Both the position numbers and the translations under genes were made by a program. This document shows, piece after piece, positions 5,599 to 14,462 of a DNA stretch of 14,462 nt. Source of the stretch: a virus (lineage: Duplodnaviria > Heunggongvirae > Uroviricota > Caudoviricetes); the IMG/VR virus record IMGVR_UViG_3300010412_000010, positions 1 through 14,462 of that record; one strand, 5' to 3'. The notes beneath the pieces are model-generated. The model had not been told where the DNA came from. It did no database searches and worked only from the letters and a program-made list of their open reading frames with translations. Every line of letters starts with the position of its first letter. Positions within the stretch are counted from its first letter, which is position 1.

Positions 5599-5620
5599 GG
5601 GCGCATTATGCGCTTTTTTT
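5599..5620 (+). terminator. intrinsic terminator GG-GCGCA-TTA-TGCGC-TTTTTTT
   Basis: 5-bp GC stem plus possible G-U pairs followed by 7 T. Confidence 0.7.
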
Positions 5621-5649
5621 GTGCCCGTCGTTTTTGTCCAGAATGTTCG

Positions 5650-5657
5650 TATAAATA
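5650..5657 (+). promoter_or_regulatory. T4-type late promoter TATAAATA
   Basis: Exact T4 gp55 consensus, 27 nt before ATG 5685. Confidence 0.85.
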
Positions 5658-5684
5658 ATCACAAACACTCTGGTAAAATTCTCG

Positions 5685-7610
5685 ATGTCAAATAATCAAA
5701 ACGGAAGCCTTTCCGACAGACTTGTTTCTATTCTGGTAAAAAATCAATTACCAGAATTTGTTCGATTTGATTATCCAACCTTTGTTGCGTTCTTGGAAGC
5801 GTACTATGAATGGATGGAATTGACCGGCAATGTAATCGAACGAAGCCAGTGTTTGGAAAATTATCTGGATGTCGATACAACCATAGATGATTTCATCACC
5901 GCATTCAAAAAAGACTATTTGACCAATGTTCCGGAAAAACTATTTTCCAGCCATGTTAATCAAGACATCGTATTTGTTGGTGGAAGCCTCGAATATGAAA
6001 TTGACTATGTTGTTACCGATTCAACCAATATCACCGTTTATGCCGATGGAATAAAAATTCCACCAGAAGACTATTCGATTTCCAGTGTTGGTGGTGCGTG
6101 TGCCAGTCACAAGTTTGTTATCACATTGGACGGTGCTTATATCGGCGCAACCGAAATAAAAGTCAATATCCAAGAGGACGCGGAAGTCAATGATGCCCAG
6201 TTGATTAAAAATATCATTGAATTTTATCGAGCGCGCGGAACAGAAAAATCGTTCAAGTTGCTGTTCCGTATTCTGTTCAACCAAGACATCGAAATCCTGT
6301 ACCCAAAAGAAAACATCCTGAAGTGGTCTGACGGTAAGTGGCTATCGGATGAAACATCTATCAGGGTAACAACCGAAACAGATGTGGATGGGTTGTTGTA
6401 TCGCCAAGTCAATATTGTGGAATACAACCCGATACTTGGCCAAGACCAATTGATAGGCAAGGCATCCGTTGAGCGGATTTCAAAGCGAAGTCTCGGAAAA
6501 TATTATGTGGCTGATTTGTTCTTGACTAACATTATCGGAACAATCAAACCGGCAAACCAATATTTCAATATTGCTGGAACAATCAAACCGAATGTTCGCG
6601 TGGTGGCGGACTTCAAGGACATTAACGGCGTTGATGTCCATATTGAAGAGTCCATCTATCCAGTATTGACCGCCATGGATGTCACCGTCGCTGGTGCTTC
6701 TTATAATGTCAGCAACACATTCACTATTCCGGATGACAAGACATATGCGTTGTCATATAAGGTGCGAAACTCATCCGGCCATCCACTAAACTATGTTTTC
6801 TCTCTTGGTTTGAGTGCCAACCTGATAACTGCTGATGTCGATGTTTCTGTAAACTCCATTCCACTGGTTGCCGGTGTTGACTATACAGTATCCGGCGATA
6901 ATGTGACTTTTGTCAATGGGTTGTCATATAACGATGTTGTCGATTTCTGGTTGATAGCTACTGGTGCTAAGTGCTCAATCAAGAAAACCGATGGTGCTGG
7001 TGCTATACAAAAAATCAAAGTAGAAGAACTTGGTGTTGGTTATATCGACGGATATATCGTAAACATCACATCCATTGGCGATGGTAATGCGCAAGCAGTC
7101 ACAAGTGACGGTGCGCGATTCCTGTATGACGGTAGATATATCAATGTTGATGGGCACTTGTCCGAGCGTACCATGCGACTACAGGATGGTTTCTATTACC
7201 AACAATATTCATATGTAATCAAATCGTCACTGTCTGTTGACCAATATGCGGACGCTGTGAAGCGGTTGGTTCATCCAGCCGGTATGAAGATGTTCGGTCA
7301 ATTGACCATCGAATCGTGTGCAAGTGCTGCGACGAATTTTTGTAAATTCTATGTTGATGACGAAACCTCTTCTGTTATCCAGATTGTGTCTGGAAACTCA
7401 CCATGGCATGGGCCAACTTGGGAATCGTTTGATTACATAATGAAGTTTCGCTTCCCAGAAAACTACACTGGTTCTGGTACATACCCAACACAAATTGAAT
7501 ATTTTGAAGACTACGATGTGGATACCATCGAATCCATGTATCCGGATAGTGTTCAATACGCAACTGGTGCCGAGGTGGAGATTGTGATTGCTGTTCCACC
7601 AGCCCCATAA
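5685..7610 (+). CDS. gp7: baseplate wedge protein, gp7-like (cyanomyovirus-type)
   Basis: LPEFV..YPTFV.FLEAYYEWME, LIKNI.EFY.A.GTE.SF..LFRILF, SDGKW, LQDG.YYQ.YSYVIKS and LVHPAGMK.FG motifs; directly upstream of the gp8-like gene. Confidence 0.7.
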   Translation: MSNNQNGSLSDRLVSILVKNQLPEFVRFDYPTFVAFLEAYYEWMELTGNVIERSQCLENYLDVDTTIDDFITAFKKDYLTNVPEKLFSSHVNQDIVFVGGSLEYEIDYVVTDSTNITVYADGIKIPPEDYSISSVGGACASHKFVITLDGAYIGATEIKVNIQEDAEVNDAQLIKNIIEFYRARGTEKSFKLLFRILFNQDIEILYPKENILKWSDGKWLSDETSIRVTTETDVDGLLYRQVNIVEYNPILGQDQLIGKASVERISKRSLGKYYVADLFLTNIIGTIKPANQYFNIAGTIKPNVRVVADFKDINGVDVHIEESIYPVLTAMDVTVAGASYNVSNTFTIPDDKTYALSYKVRNSSGHPLNYVFSLGLSANLITADVDVSVNSIPLVAGVDYTVSGDNVTFVNGLSYNDVVDFWLIATGAKCSIKKTDGAGAIQKIKVEELGVGYIDGYIVNITSIGDGNAQAVTSDGARFLYDGRYINVDGHLSERTMRLQDGFYYQQYSYVIKSSLSVDQYADAVKRLVHPAGMKMFGQLTIESCASAATNFCKFYVDDETSSVIQIVSGNSPWHGPTWESFDYIMKFRFPENYTGSGTYPTQIEYFEDYDVDTIESMYPDSVQYATGAEVEIVIAVPPAP

Positions 7611-7616
7611 ATGAAC

Positions 7617-7624
7617 CATAAATA
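7617..7624 (+). promoter_or_regulatory. late promoter variant CATAAATA
   Basis: NATAAATA immediately after the gp7 stop, 48 nt before ATG 7673. Confidence 0.65.
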
Positions 7625-7672
7625 AACCATACGGCAGCTATTTGCGCCATATATGAACCACGGAATAAACCA

Positions 7673-9016
7673 ATGACTGCGATTATTACCAAAAAATCAA
7701 AAATCAACAACGCGAAAAATTTCATTGAGTCTTTTTATGAAAAGTCTCCGGACTATATGTACCTGTTTATTGGCAGGAATAGTGCATGGCCAAACGAAGC
7801 GGTTCCGCCCGTTCCATTGGACACCGTATACGAAGAAATACAACGCCACACTGAATTGATGGCCGGTAAGAAAATAAATGAGACTGGATTGTCGCTTGTT
7901 ATTCCGAGACACGACTGGGTAAGCGGAACCATATACGCCGAATATGACGACCAAGACCCGTCACTTTTTACAAAAAATTTCTATGTAATCAACAACGAGT
8001 TCGATGTGTTCAAGTGTGTGTCGAACAATGGTGGCGCGGCTTCTACTAACATGCCGGATTCTGGTGATGCCGTTTCTGGGTCAAACACCGGCATGATTGA
8101 AACCTCGGACGGATATGTCTGGAAGTTTATGTACAATGTCAATGCACAAATGCAGCAATATTTGACCGCCAACTGGATTCCTGTTCGCGACATTTATTTT
8201 GACGATGGTAGCGCCCAAGCAAACCAAAAGTTTGGTGCGGTAGATGGGGCAATTCACCGATACATTGTATTGGATGGTGGTTCTGGTTATACGACTGCTA
8301 CCGTGTCTATTGTCGGTGTTGGTTCTGGTGCTACTGCAACCGCGACAATTTCTGGTGGCGCAATCACCGAAGTGTTTATTGATGCCGCTGATAGTGCTGG
8401 TTCCGGATATTTTACCGAGCCGGTAGTAACCATCGTTGGAGACGGCTCTGGTGCTGATGTGCGCGCCGTTCTTAGTCCTATTGGTGGCCATGGCTATGAT
8501 GCTGTCCGTGAGCTTGGTGGGCACTATGCGATGGCGTACACCGTGCTTGAATCTGATGAGGGCGGCACTTTCCCTGTTGATTTGGGTGGTGGTGAGGGTG
8601 AGTTCCGTGTGTTTGGATTGATTAAAAATCCTCGCTCATCCGTTGATGATGGTCTGTATATGAAGATAACTGGGTTCGACGCGTGTGATATCGCTGTTGG
8701 TGATACGCTCGAAAAAGCATCCGATGCTGGCGTCAATGGTACTGTGTTTGGGTTTGATTGGAAGACCCAAGAAATTTATGTTGGCAATATCACTGGCACT
8801 TTTGTAGATGGCGATTCGGTTAAAAAATCCGGCAGTGCTGTGATTGGCTCTATCAGTGATTTACAGACAAACTATCCGATGCCTATTATCGCGTCCGTGT
8901 TCGAACAAAGTGAATTTTTGGCCGGAACCGGCGATATTTTATATGTCGAAAATAGATTGTCTATTACCAGAAACCTGAACCAAAACGAAGAAGTTCGGTT
9001 GGTAGTAGAGTTCTAA
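7673..9016 (+). CDS. gp8: baseplate wedge subunit gp8-like
   Basis: NAKNF, YLFIGR..AW, IPRHDW.SG..Y, FYV.N....V.KC..N, DGY.WK.MY, GGSGY repeats, SP.GGHG.DA..ELG and C-terminal E.VRLVVEF motifs. Confidence 0.88.
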   Translation: MTAIITKKSKINNAKNFIESFYEKSPDYMYLFIGRNSAWPNEAVPPVPLDTVYEEIQRHTELMAGKKINETGLSLVIPRHDWVSGTIYAEYDDQDPSLFTKNFYVINNEFDVFKCVSNNGGAASTNMPDSGDAVSGSNTGMIETSDGYVWKFMYNVNAQMQQYLTANWIPVRDIYFDDGSAQANQKFGAVDGAIHRYIVLDGGSGYTTATVSIVGVGSGATATATISGGAITEVFIDAADSAGSGYFTEPVVTIVGDGSGADVRAVLSPIGGHGYDAVRELGGHYAMAYTVLESDEGGTFPVDLGGGEGEFRVFGLIKNPRSSVDDGLYMKITGFDACDIAVGDTLEKASDAGVNGTVFGFDWKTQEIYVGNITGTFVDGDSVKKSGSAVIGSISDLQTNYPMPIIASVFEQSEFLAGTGDILYVENRLSITRNLNQNEEVRLVVEF

Positions 9017-9023
9017 AATAACA

Positions 9024-9031
9024 CATAAATA
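9024..9031 (+). promoter_or_regulatory. late promoter variant CATAAATA
   Basis: In a 43-bp gap, 28 nt before ATG 9060. Confidence 0.75.
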
Positions 9032-9059
9032 GTTATAACAACGAATTTGGGATACCTAA

Positions 9060-12000
9060 ATGTCTAAACCAAAGACAGATTTTAATGTTGCTCCGTATTA
9101 CGACGATTTCGACGAAGCAAAACAATACCTGAAACTTTTGTTCCGTCCTGGCTATGCCGTTCAGGCGCGCGAGGGAACACAAATCCAGTCTGTTCTTCAG
9201 AACCAAATTTCCCGATTTGCTGATTACACTTTCAATGAAGGTTCTGAAATCCTTGGTGGCAAGACTGTTATTGACTTGGAATATTCGTATGTGAAGCTTC
9301 AGTCAATCAGCACAACCATGTCAAACATTTCCCAGTTGTTGTCGACATATACATTAGTGATTACTGGTGATACGACTGGCATTGAATCCGAGTTGTCAAA
9401 TATCGCGGTTGCTGGTGGCGGTGACCCAAACACTTTCTTTGTTAAATATCGCTCTGGTGGTGCTGCTGGCGAAAAAACATTCCAACCATCCGAACCGCTG
9501 ACTATTGTTGCATACGAAACCCAAGATTTGGTTGACAATGGTATTGGTGGAGCGACGCCGATTGAAACTCATAGTGCCGTTGTTGGTGCTGCTGGTGATT
9601 CGGTTGGGGTCGGTTGTGCCGCGTCTATTGGTGATGGTACTCGTTATGTTGGTGGATTTGCTGTTCTGGTTAGTGAACAGACATTGATTCTTGACAAATA
9701 CAACAATCGCCCAAGCTACCAAGTTGGATTGAAAATCGTCGAAGAAATCATTGACGAAGAAGATGACCCAACCCTGTTGGACAATGCACAGGGTTCTACC
9801 AATTTCACTGCTCCTGGTTCACATCGTTTCCGTGTGCGATTGGTGTTGACAAAATACGCACTGAACGACAATACCGATGAAGATTTTATCAAGATTGTTG
9901 AATTGCGCGAAGGTACCGTTCAGCGTGATTACCGCGAATCACAACTGAAAGCGCCTGGTATTGGTAGAGAGTTTGCTCGTCGATTCTATGACCAATCTGG
10001 CGACTTTATTATCGACAAATTCAAGATTGATATTCGTGAGCATTTGTTGGAAGGTGGTAATCGCGGTAAGTTCTTGCCGCCACCTACTGGCACCGGCGAT
10101 GAAACAAAACTGGTTGCCGATTTCGACCCAGGTCGTGCGTATGTAAACGGATATGAAATCAATACCACTGGTTCTGAATTTGTGGAACTGGATAAAGCGC
10201 GTGATACTGGATTTGAAAACAATGCTGCCGTGTCTACTGACATGGGATACTATACCCTTATTACCGAACTGACTGGTATTCCTGATATCGTCAACTTCAC
10301 TAAGGTGGAGTTGTATGAAGGTGACCCAGATTTGCCAGGTGCGGTTCTTGTTGGTTATGCGAGAATCCGCCACTTGGAACCACATGTTCTAAAAGATGGT
10401 GACGCAAACGACATTCTTGATTCTGATTCTGTTTGGAGAATGTATGGGTTTGCTCTTGAAATTGTCGCCGCTCCATCTTCCGATGATATTTGGCTTACCG
10501 ACGGTCAATTCAAGGCGCGTTCACTGACTACCGCCGAAGGTGGTGTGTTTGTAACAAAAGAACCGGCTGCTATCAAAGAACTGCCATTCAAAATTATCGA
10601 ATCGACATCCGATTTGATTTATTCGACCCGAAGAATCATGAACGGTGTTCTTGTTGCGGATGGTTTGTTGACCAAAGTTGTGCTGTCTGGTCTTCCGTCT
10701 GGCGAAGCATTTGCGCCAGCAACACAAGAAAACTACATTTTGCAGTATGACTCTGGGGCATATGTAGACCAGTTCGCAAATATTGCCGGTAATGTGGCAA
10801 TTGACTCTATTAATAATATTGTGACCATTGGTAGTTTGCAGGGAGCCGTTGGTGACCTTGTGAAAGTAATGGTTACTATCATTAAAGAAACACCACCAGC
10901 ACCGAAACTGAAAAACCTGACAAACCGAGTTCAAAATTTTGTTTCCCCTGGTTCTGGTAATATTACCCTTGACCGCGCCGACATTTTCCGTGTGAATAGT
11001 GTTATTGACGATGTTACATTGGAAGACATTACGCTTAAATATGCAGTTGATGGTGGCCAAAGAGACGGTTTCTATGGTCTTGGTCGATTGGTGCTTCGTG
11101 CTGGCGTTGTCGAGCCTACCGGAAATGTTACCGTCAATTACGACTATTTTGCGCATGTTGGTTCTGGTGATTATTTCTCCGTTGAATCATATGACCATAT
11201 TGGTGGTGTTGATTATGCGGACATTCCATCATATACGGACACCACCGGAAAGATATTCAATCTTCGCGATTGTTTGGATTTCCGCCCACGCATTGACAAT
11301 ACTGGTGACAACTTTACCGCTCCTGGTTCCAGCCGAAACGAAATTTACATTCCAATTGGCCAGATTACTGCGGATACTACCTACTACCTGAGCCGCATTG
11401 ACAAAATTGTAATGACAGAAGAAGGCGTGTTCCAAGTTATTCGTGGTGAACCCGCATTGAATCCAGTTCCGCCACCAGACCCAAAAAGCGGCATGGTGTT
11501 GTATGAACTGTTTATTCCAGCATACACATTCAACCCGAAAGATGTGATTATCAATTATCGTGAGCACAAAGGCTACACGATGAAAGACATTTCCAACTTG
11601 GAGCGTCGTGTTCATAACATTGAATACTACACCGCGTTGAACCTGTTGGAACGCAATGTAAAAGACCAATCCATTGTAGACCCAGACACCGGCATCGAAC
11701 GATTCAAGAACGGGTTTGTGGTGGATGGTTTCACTAACCACAAGGTTGGTGATTTGGAAAACCGTGACTACAAATGTTCGATGGACCAACAGTTTTCTGA
11801 AATGCGTCCAGAATATTTTGCGAATGATATTGGGTTGGAATTCAACCCAAGCAAGAGCCAGAAGTTCAAGCAAACAGGAAAAATGTTGTCTGTTGACTAC
11901 ACCGAAACCGCTTTCATTATTCAGGCCAGCGGAACCGGCACTATCAATATTAACCCATTCAATATTTTCAACTGGGTTGGTGGTCGTGTCGAAATGACCC

Positions 12001-14396
12001 CGAATTCTGATACTTGGAAGTCCGTTAAGTACGAACAACCAATTCGTACTTGGGTTCAGAACGAAGACTACGCGGAAGAAAAGGCCGCATTGTCAACCAA
12101 GTTCTTGGATGAACACCCAACCGAACGATTCAATTCGTATTACCACAATGCACCTCAATATGGTTGGTATGGTGCCGACGGAAGCTTCAACTCGCAAGGA
12201 ACATTGTCGAAGGTAACCACTGGTTGGGGCGGTCCAACAGTAAACGATTATCGTTTGGCATACAATGGATATTTCTCTAGCTGGAACACTATCGGCAAAG
12301 ACTATCTGTTGTCTGGTTATATCAACCGAATTATTCCAGAAGAAGTAACTACCGTGGTTGGCGACAAGATTGTTCGTACAGACCAAGTTGAGTTTATTCG
12401 GGCGAATACTGTTCAGCTTAGTGTGTATGGTCTGAAACCAAATACAAGACACTATGCATTCTTCAATGATGTTAATGTGGATTCGCTTGTCTCTCCTGCC
12501 ACTTTGGTGAGTAATGACCAAGGCGAAATCACTGCTACATTTACAATTCCAGACCCGACCAATCCACCAAGCCCAGAATATGTGTTCCGTACTGGTGAGA
12601 GAATTTTCCGTATTATCGACAACAACACAAACAATGTGTTGGAAGCCGAGAGCTATGCGGAAGGTGTTTACACGGCTGCTGGTATTATCGAATTCAGACA
12701 ACAAACAATTGAAGCGACGGAAAAACCTCGTGTATACCGCGTACCGTTTACACAGAAGGTGTTGTCTCGAACCGTGAACAATGCGCCGAGTGGGTATAAT
12801 GGATTCTTGTATGGTTATAACTATGCGTGGGGATTCTATTTCTACAACCAACAACAACAGGGCGACCAGAAAGTTGCATATGCCGACCCATTGGCACAGA
12901 CTTTCCTAGTGAACAAAACAGGCGGCGTATTCGCAACGAGTATCGACTTGTATTTTGCATCGAAAGACCAAAACATTCCGGTTACGCTGCAAATTCGTGA
13001 AGTAGAAAATGGCTTCCCGACACAAAGAATTATCCCGTTTGGCGAGGTGACAAAAAACCCGTCCGCAATTTCTGTGTCCACTGATGGTTCCGTTCCTACC
13101 AGATTCACCTTCAGTGCTCCGGTATACCTGAAAGAAGGCATCGAATATTGCTTCGTGTTGCAGACCAACACCGATAAGTACAATGTATTCATGTCCCAAA
13201 TGGGTGAAGTTGATATCCTGAGTGGACAAGCAGTTACCAAACAATCGCACTTGGGCGTGATGTTGGTATCGTCAAACTCATCCACATGGACTCCGGAACA
13301 GGACAAAGACCTGAAGTTCACTATGAACATCGCGGATTTCCAAGATGTCAATGACAATATTGACACTGTATTGGTATTCGACAACAAACAAGTTCCGGCG
13401 CAGCAAATGAAGAACAACCCATTCTTTGCCGATACCACTTTCTTGGTGAAAGTTAGCCAACGAAACCATGGCATGGTGGATGGTAGTGAAGTTGTATTGG
13501 CTGGAACAACTGCGGTAACAACAGGACCAGCCGTTACTATTGATGGTACTTGGACGATATTCAATTCCGGTATTGACCATTATTACATTGATATGTCGGA
13601 GAATGGGCTGGAACTTTTGAATCTTGGTGTTGATTTTGGTGGGCCAGTCGCACAGGCAACTCGCCAGATTCAAATTGATTCGTTGTATCCGTTAGTACAG
13701 AGACTTGTTCCGAAAGGTACGCAGGCGCGCGCGTTCGTGCGCATGACTACCGGAAAACAAGTTCCTGGGTTTGCCACAGGCTCATATGTTCGCGATGTCA
13801 ATGTTTCTCCAATCACAATGGATGAATACACGGACATGAGTCGTCCATATATTGTCGCGTCGGATATTAACGAACTGAACAAACTTGGTGGTCTGAAGTC
13901 ATTCGAATTGCATGTTGTAATTGGTACTGCGGTTCGTAACCTGTCGCCGCTGGTTGATTCTACCCGCGTAGCATGTAATGCGAAATCAAATCGAATTGAA
14001 TATTTCTCAGACATTTCTGATGAGCTAACTGCTTATGGTCAGAAGTCTTCTGCGAGATATATCACAAGGGCTATTCCGCTTAACAGCACATCCAATGGGC
14101 TTCGTATCCTATTTGATGCAAATAGACCAAACGATTCTGATATTACTGTTTATTATCGCGGAACCAACTCGGATGCGATTAATATCGCGGAACAAGGGTG
14201 GACGGAAATGACCGTCGTTAGAAAACCAGGTGTGACCAGCGATAGAACTCGATATGAAGAATATGAGTATGAGGTTGACGATTTGGTTTCAGCATCACAG
14301 TTCTCGACATTCCAAGTCAAGTTAGTGATGCGCGCTAGAAACTCTTCTCGTCCACCAATTATTCGCGCGTTTAGGGCAATTGCACTTGGTACATAA
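9060..14396 (+). CDS. vrlC: large virion structural protein, VrlC-like (DUF4815)
   Basis: PYYDDFD...Y...LFRPG..VQARE.TQ.QS.LQ.QI N-terminus; DENDP-like EEDDPTLLDNAQG..N..APG.HR; LE.RV.NIEYYT.L.LLE; RFKNGF.VD.F; DPLAQTF; S.N.STWT..Q..DLKF motifs. Confidence 0.85.
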   Translation: MSKPKTDFNVAPYYDDFDEAKQYLKLLFRPGYAVQAREGTQIQSVLQNQISRFADYTFNEGSEILGGKTVIDLEYSYVKLQSISTTMSNISQLLSTYTLVITGDTTGIESELSNIAVAGGGDPNTFFVKYRSGGAAGEKTFQPSEPLTIVAYETQDLVDNGIGGATPIETHSAVVGAAGDSVGVGCAASIGDGTRYVGGFAVLVSEQTLILDKYNNRPSYQVGLKIVEEIIDEEDDPTLLDNAQGSTNFTAPGSHRFRVRLVLTKYALNDNTDEDFIKIVELREGTVQRDYRESQLKAPGIGREFARRFYDQSGDFIIDKFKIDIREHLLEGGNRGKFLPPPTGTGDETKLVADFDPGRAYVNGYEINTTGSEFVELDKARDTGFENNAAVSTDMGYYTLITELTGIPDIVNFTKVELYEGDPDLPGAVLVGYARIRHLEPHVLKDGDANDILDSDSVWRMYGFALEIVAAPSSDDIWLTDGQFKARSLTTAEGGVFVTKEPAAIKELPFKIIESTSDLIYSTRRIMNGVLVADGLLTKVVLSGLPSGEAFAPATQENYILQYDSGAYVDQFANIAGNVAIDSINNIVTIGSLQGAVGDLVKVMVTIIKETPPAPKLKNLTNRVQNFVSPGSGNITLDRADIFRVNSVIDDVTLEDITLKYAVDGGQRDGFYGLGRLVLRAGVVEPTGNVTVNYDYFAHVGSGDYFSVESYDHIGGVDYADIPSYTDTTGKIFNLRDCLDFRPRIDNTGDNFTAPGSSRNEIYIPIGQITADTTYYLSRIDKIVMTEEGVFQVIRGEPALNPVPPPDPKSGMVLYELFIPAYTFNPKDVIINYREHKGYTMKDISNLERRVHNIEYYTALNLLERNVKDQSIVDPDTGIERFKNGFVVDGFTNHKVGDLENRDYKCSMDQQFSEMRPEYFANDIGLEFNPSKSQKFKQTGKMLSVDYTETAFIIQASGTGTININPFNIFNWVGGRVEMTPNSDTWKSVKYEQPIRTWVQNEDYAEEKAALSTKFLDEHPTERFNSYYHNAPQYGWYGADGSFNSQGTLSKVTTGWGGPTVNDYRLAYNGYFSSWNTIGKDYLLSGYINRIIPEEVTTVVGDKIVRTDQVEFIRANTVQLSVYGLKPNTRHYAFFNDVNVDSLVSPATLVSNDQGEITATFTIPDPTNPPSPEYVFRTGERIFRIIDNNTNNVLEAESYAEGVYTAAGIIEFRQQTIEATEKPRVYRVPFTQKVLSRTVNNAPSGYNGFLYGYNYAWGFYFYNQQQQGDQKVAYADPLAQTFLVNKTGGVFATSIDLYFASKDQNIPVTLQIREVENGFPTQRIIPFGEVTKNPSAISVSTDGSVPTRFTFSAPVYLKEGIEYCFVLQTNTDKYNVFMSQMGEVDILSGQAVTKQSHLGVMLVSSNSSTWTPEQDKDLKFTMNIADFQDVNDNIDTVLVFDNKQVPAQQMKNNPFFADTTFLVKVSQRNHGMVDGSEVVLAGTTAVTTGPAVTIDGTWTIFNSGIDHYYIDMSENGLELLNLGVDFGGPVAQATRQIQIDSLYPLVQRLVPKGTQARAFVRMTTGKQVPGFATGSYVRDVNVSPITMDEYTDMSRPYIVASDINELNKLGGLKSFELHVVIGTAVRNLSPLVDSTRVACNAKSNRIEYFSDISDELTAYGQKSSARYITRAIPLNSTSNGLRILFDANRPNDSDITVYYRGTNSDAINIAEQGWTEMTVVRKPGVTSDRTRYEEYEYEVDDLVSASQFSTFQVKLVMRARNSSRPPIIRAFRAIALGT

Positions 14397-14462
14397 TGAT
14401 GTTGAATATTGAAAGGAACCCAGAAAGATTTGCTCCGGTAGAAGGCGAACCAGACTTGGTTC
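14396..14462 (+). CDS. start of the small gene following vrlC (truncated by window)
   Basis: TAATG overlap; MMLNIERNPERFAPVEGEPDLV, VEG..DLV motif recalled from the post-vrlC small protein of T4-like phages. Confidence 0.7.
   Translation, partial: MMLNIERNPERFAPVEGEPDLV

Noticed and set aside
5163-5684. Base-skew inversion as proof of a replication origin
   Set aside because: It coincides with the coding-strand switch, so it is not independent evidence
12129-12860. Diversity-generating retroelement variable regions
   Set aside because: No template repeat or reverse transcriptase in the window, and the segments are internal; cannot be excluded genome-wide
6021-14014. Long antisense and alternate-frame ORFs within gp7, gp8 and vrlC (up to 269 aa)
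   Set aside because: Typical shadow ORFs from codon bias; no SD, promoter or recognisable motifs
1-14462. Stop-codon reassignment
   Set aside because: All three stops end genes, with many ATGA/TAATG overlaps, and a 1778-aa late gene is uninterrupted in code 11
1-14462. tRNA, rRNA, introns, inteins, IS elements
   Set aside because: No cloverleaf, splice, intein or transposase signatures were seen by eye

Overview
Window from a large T4-like (Tevenvirus/cyanomyovirus-type) phage genome, standard genetic code, spanning an early-to-late strand switch. Positions 1-5162 hold a minus-strand cluster of about 16 small, tightly packed genes driven by several host sigma70-type promoters. Recognisable products are a SemiSWEET/PQ-loop membrane protein, an HNH-type zinc nuclease, a calcineurin-like metallophosphoesterase, a protein carrying a clear ribosomal bL12 (L7/L12) C-terminal-domain motif and a tentative LPD29-like protein. 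Positions 5163-5684 are non-coding and highly structured: a duplicated 39-bp unit with four GTTCCACG cores, a symmetric bidirectional sigma70 promoter, an AT-rich palindrome cluster, an intrinsic terminator and a T4 late promoter. Positions 5685-14462 hold plus-strand virion genes: gp7-like and gp8-like baseplate wedge proteins, a 1778-aa VrlC/DUF4815-like structural protein and the start of the next gene. The three complete genes each have a NATAAATA late promoter. All family calls are from motif recognition by eye; no searches were run.
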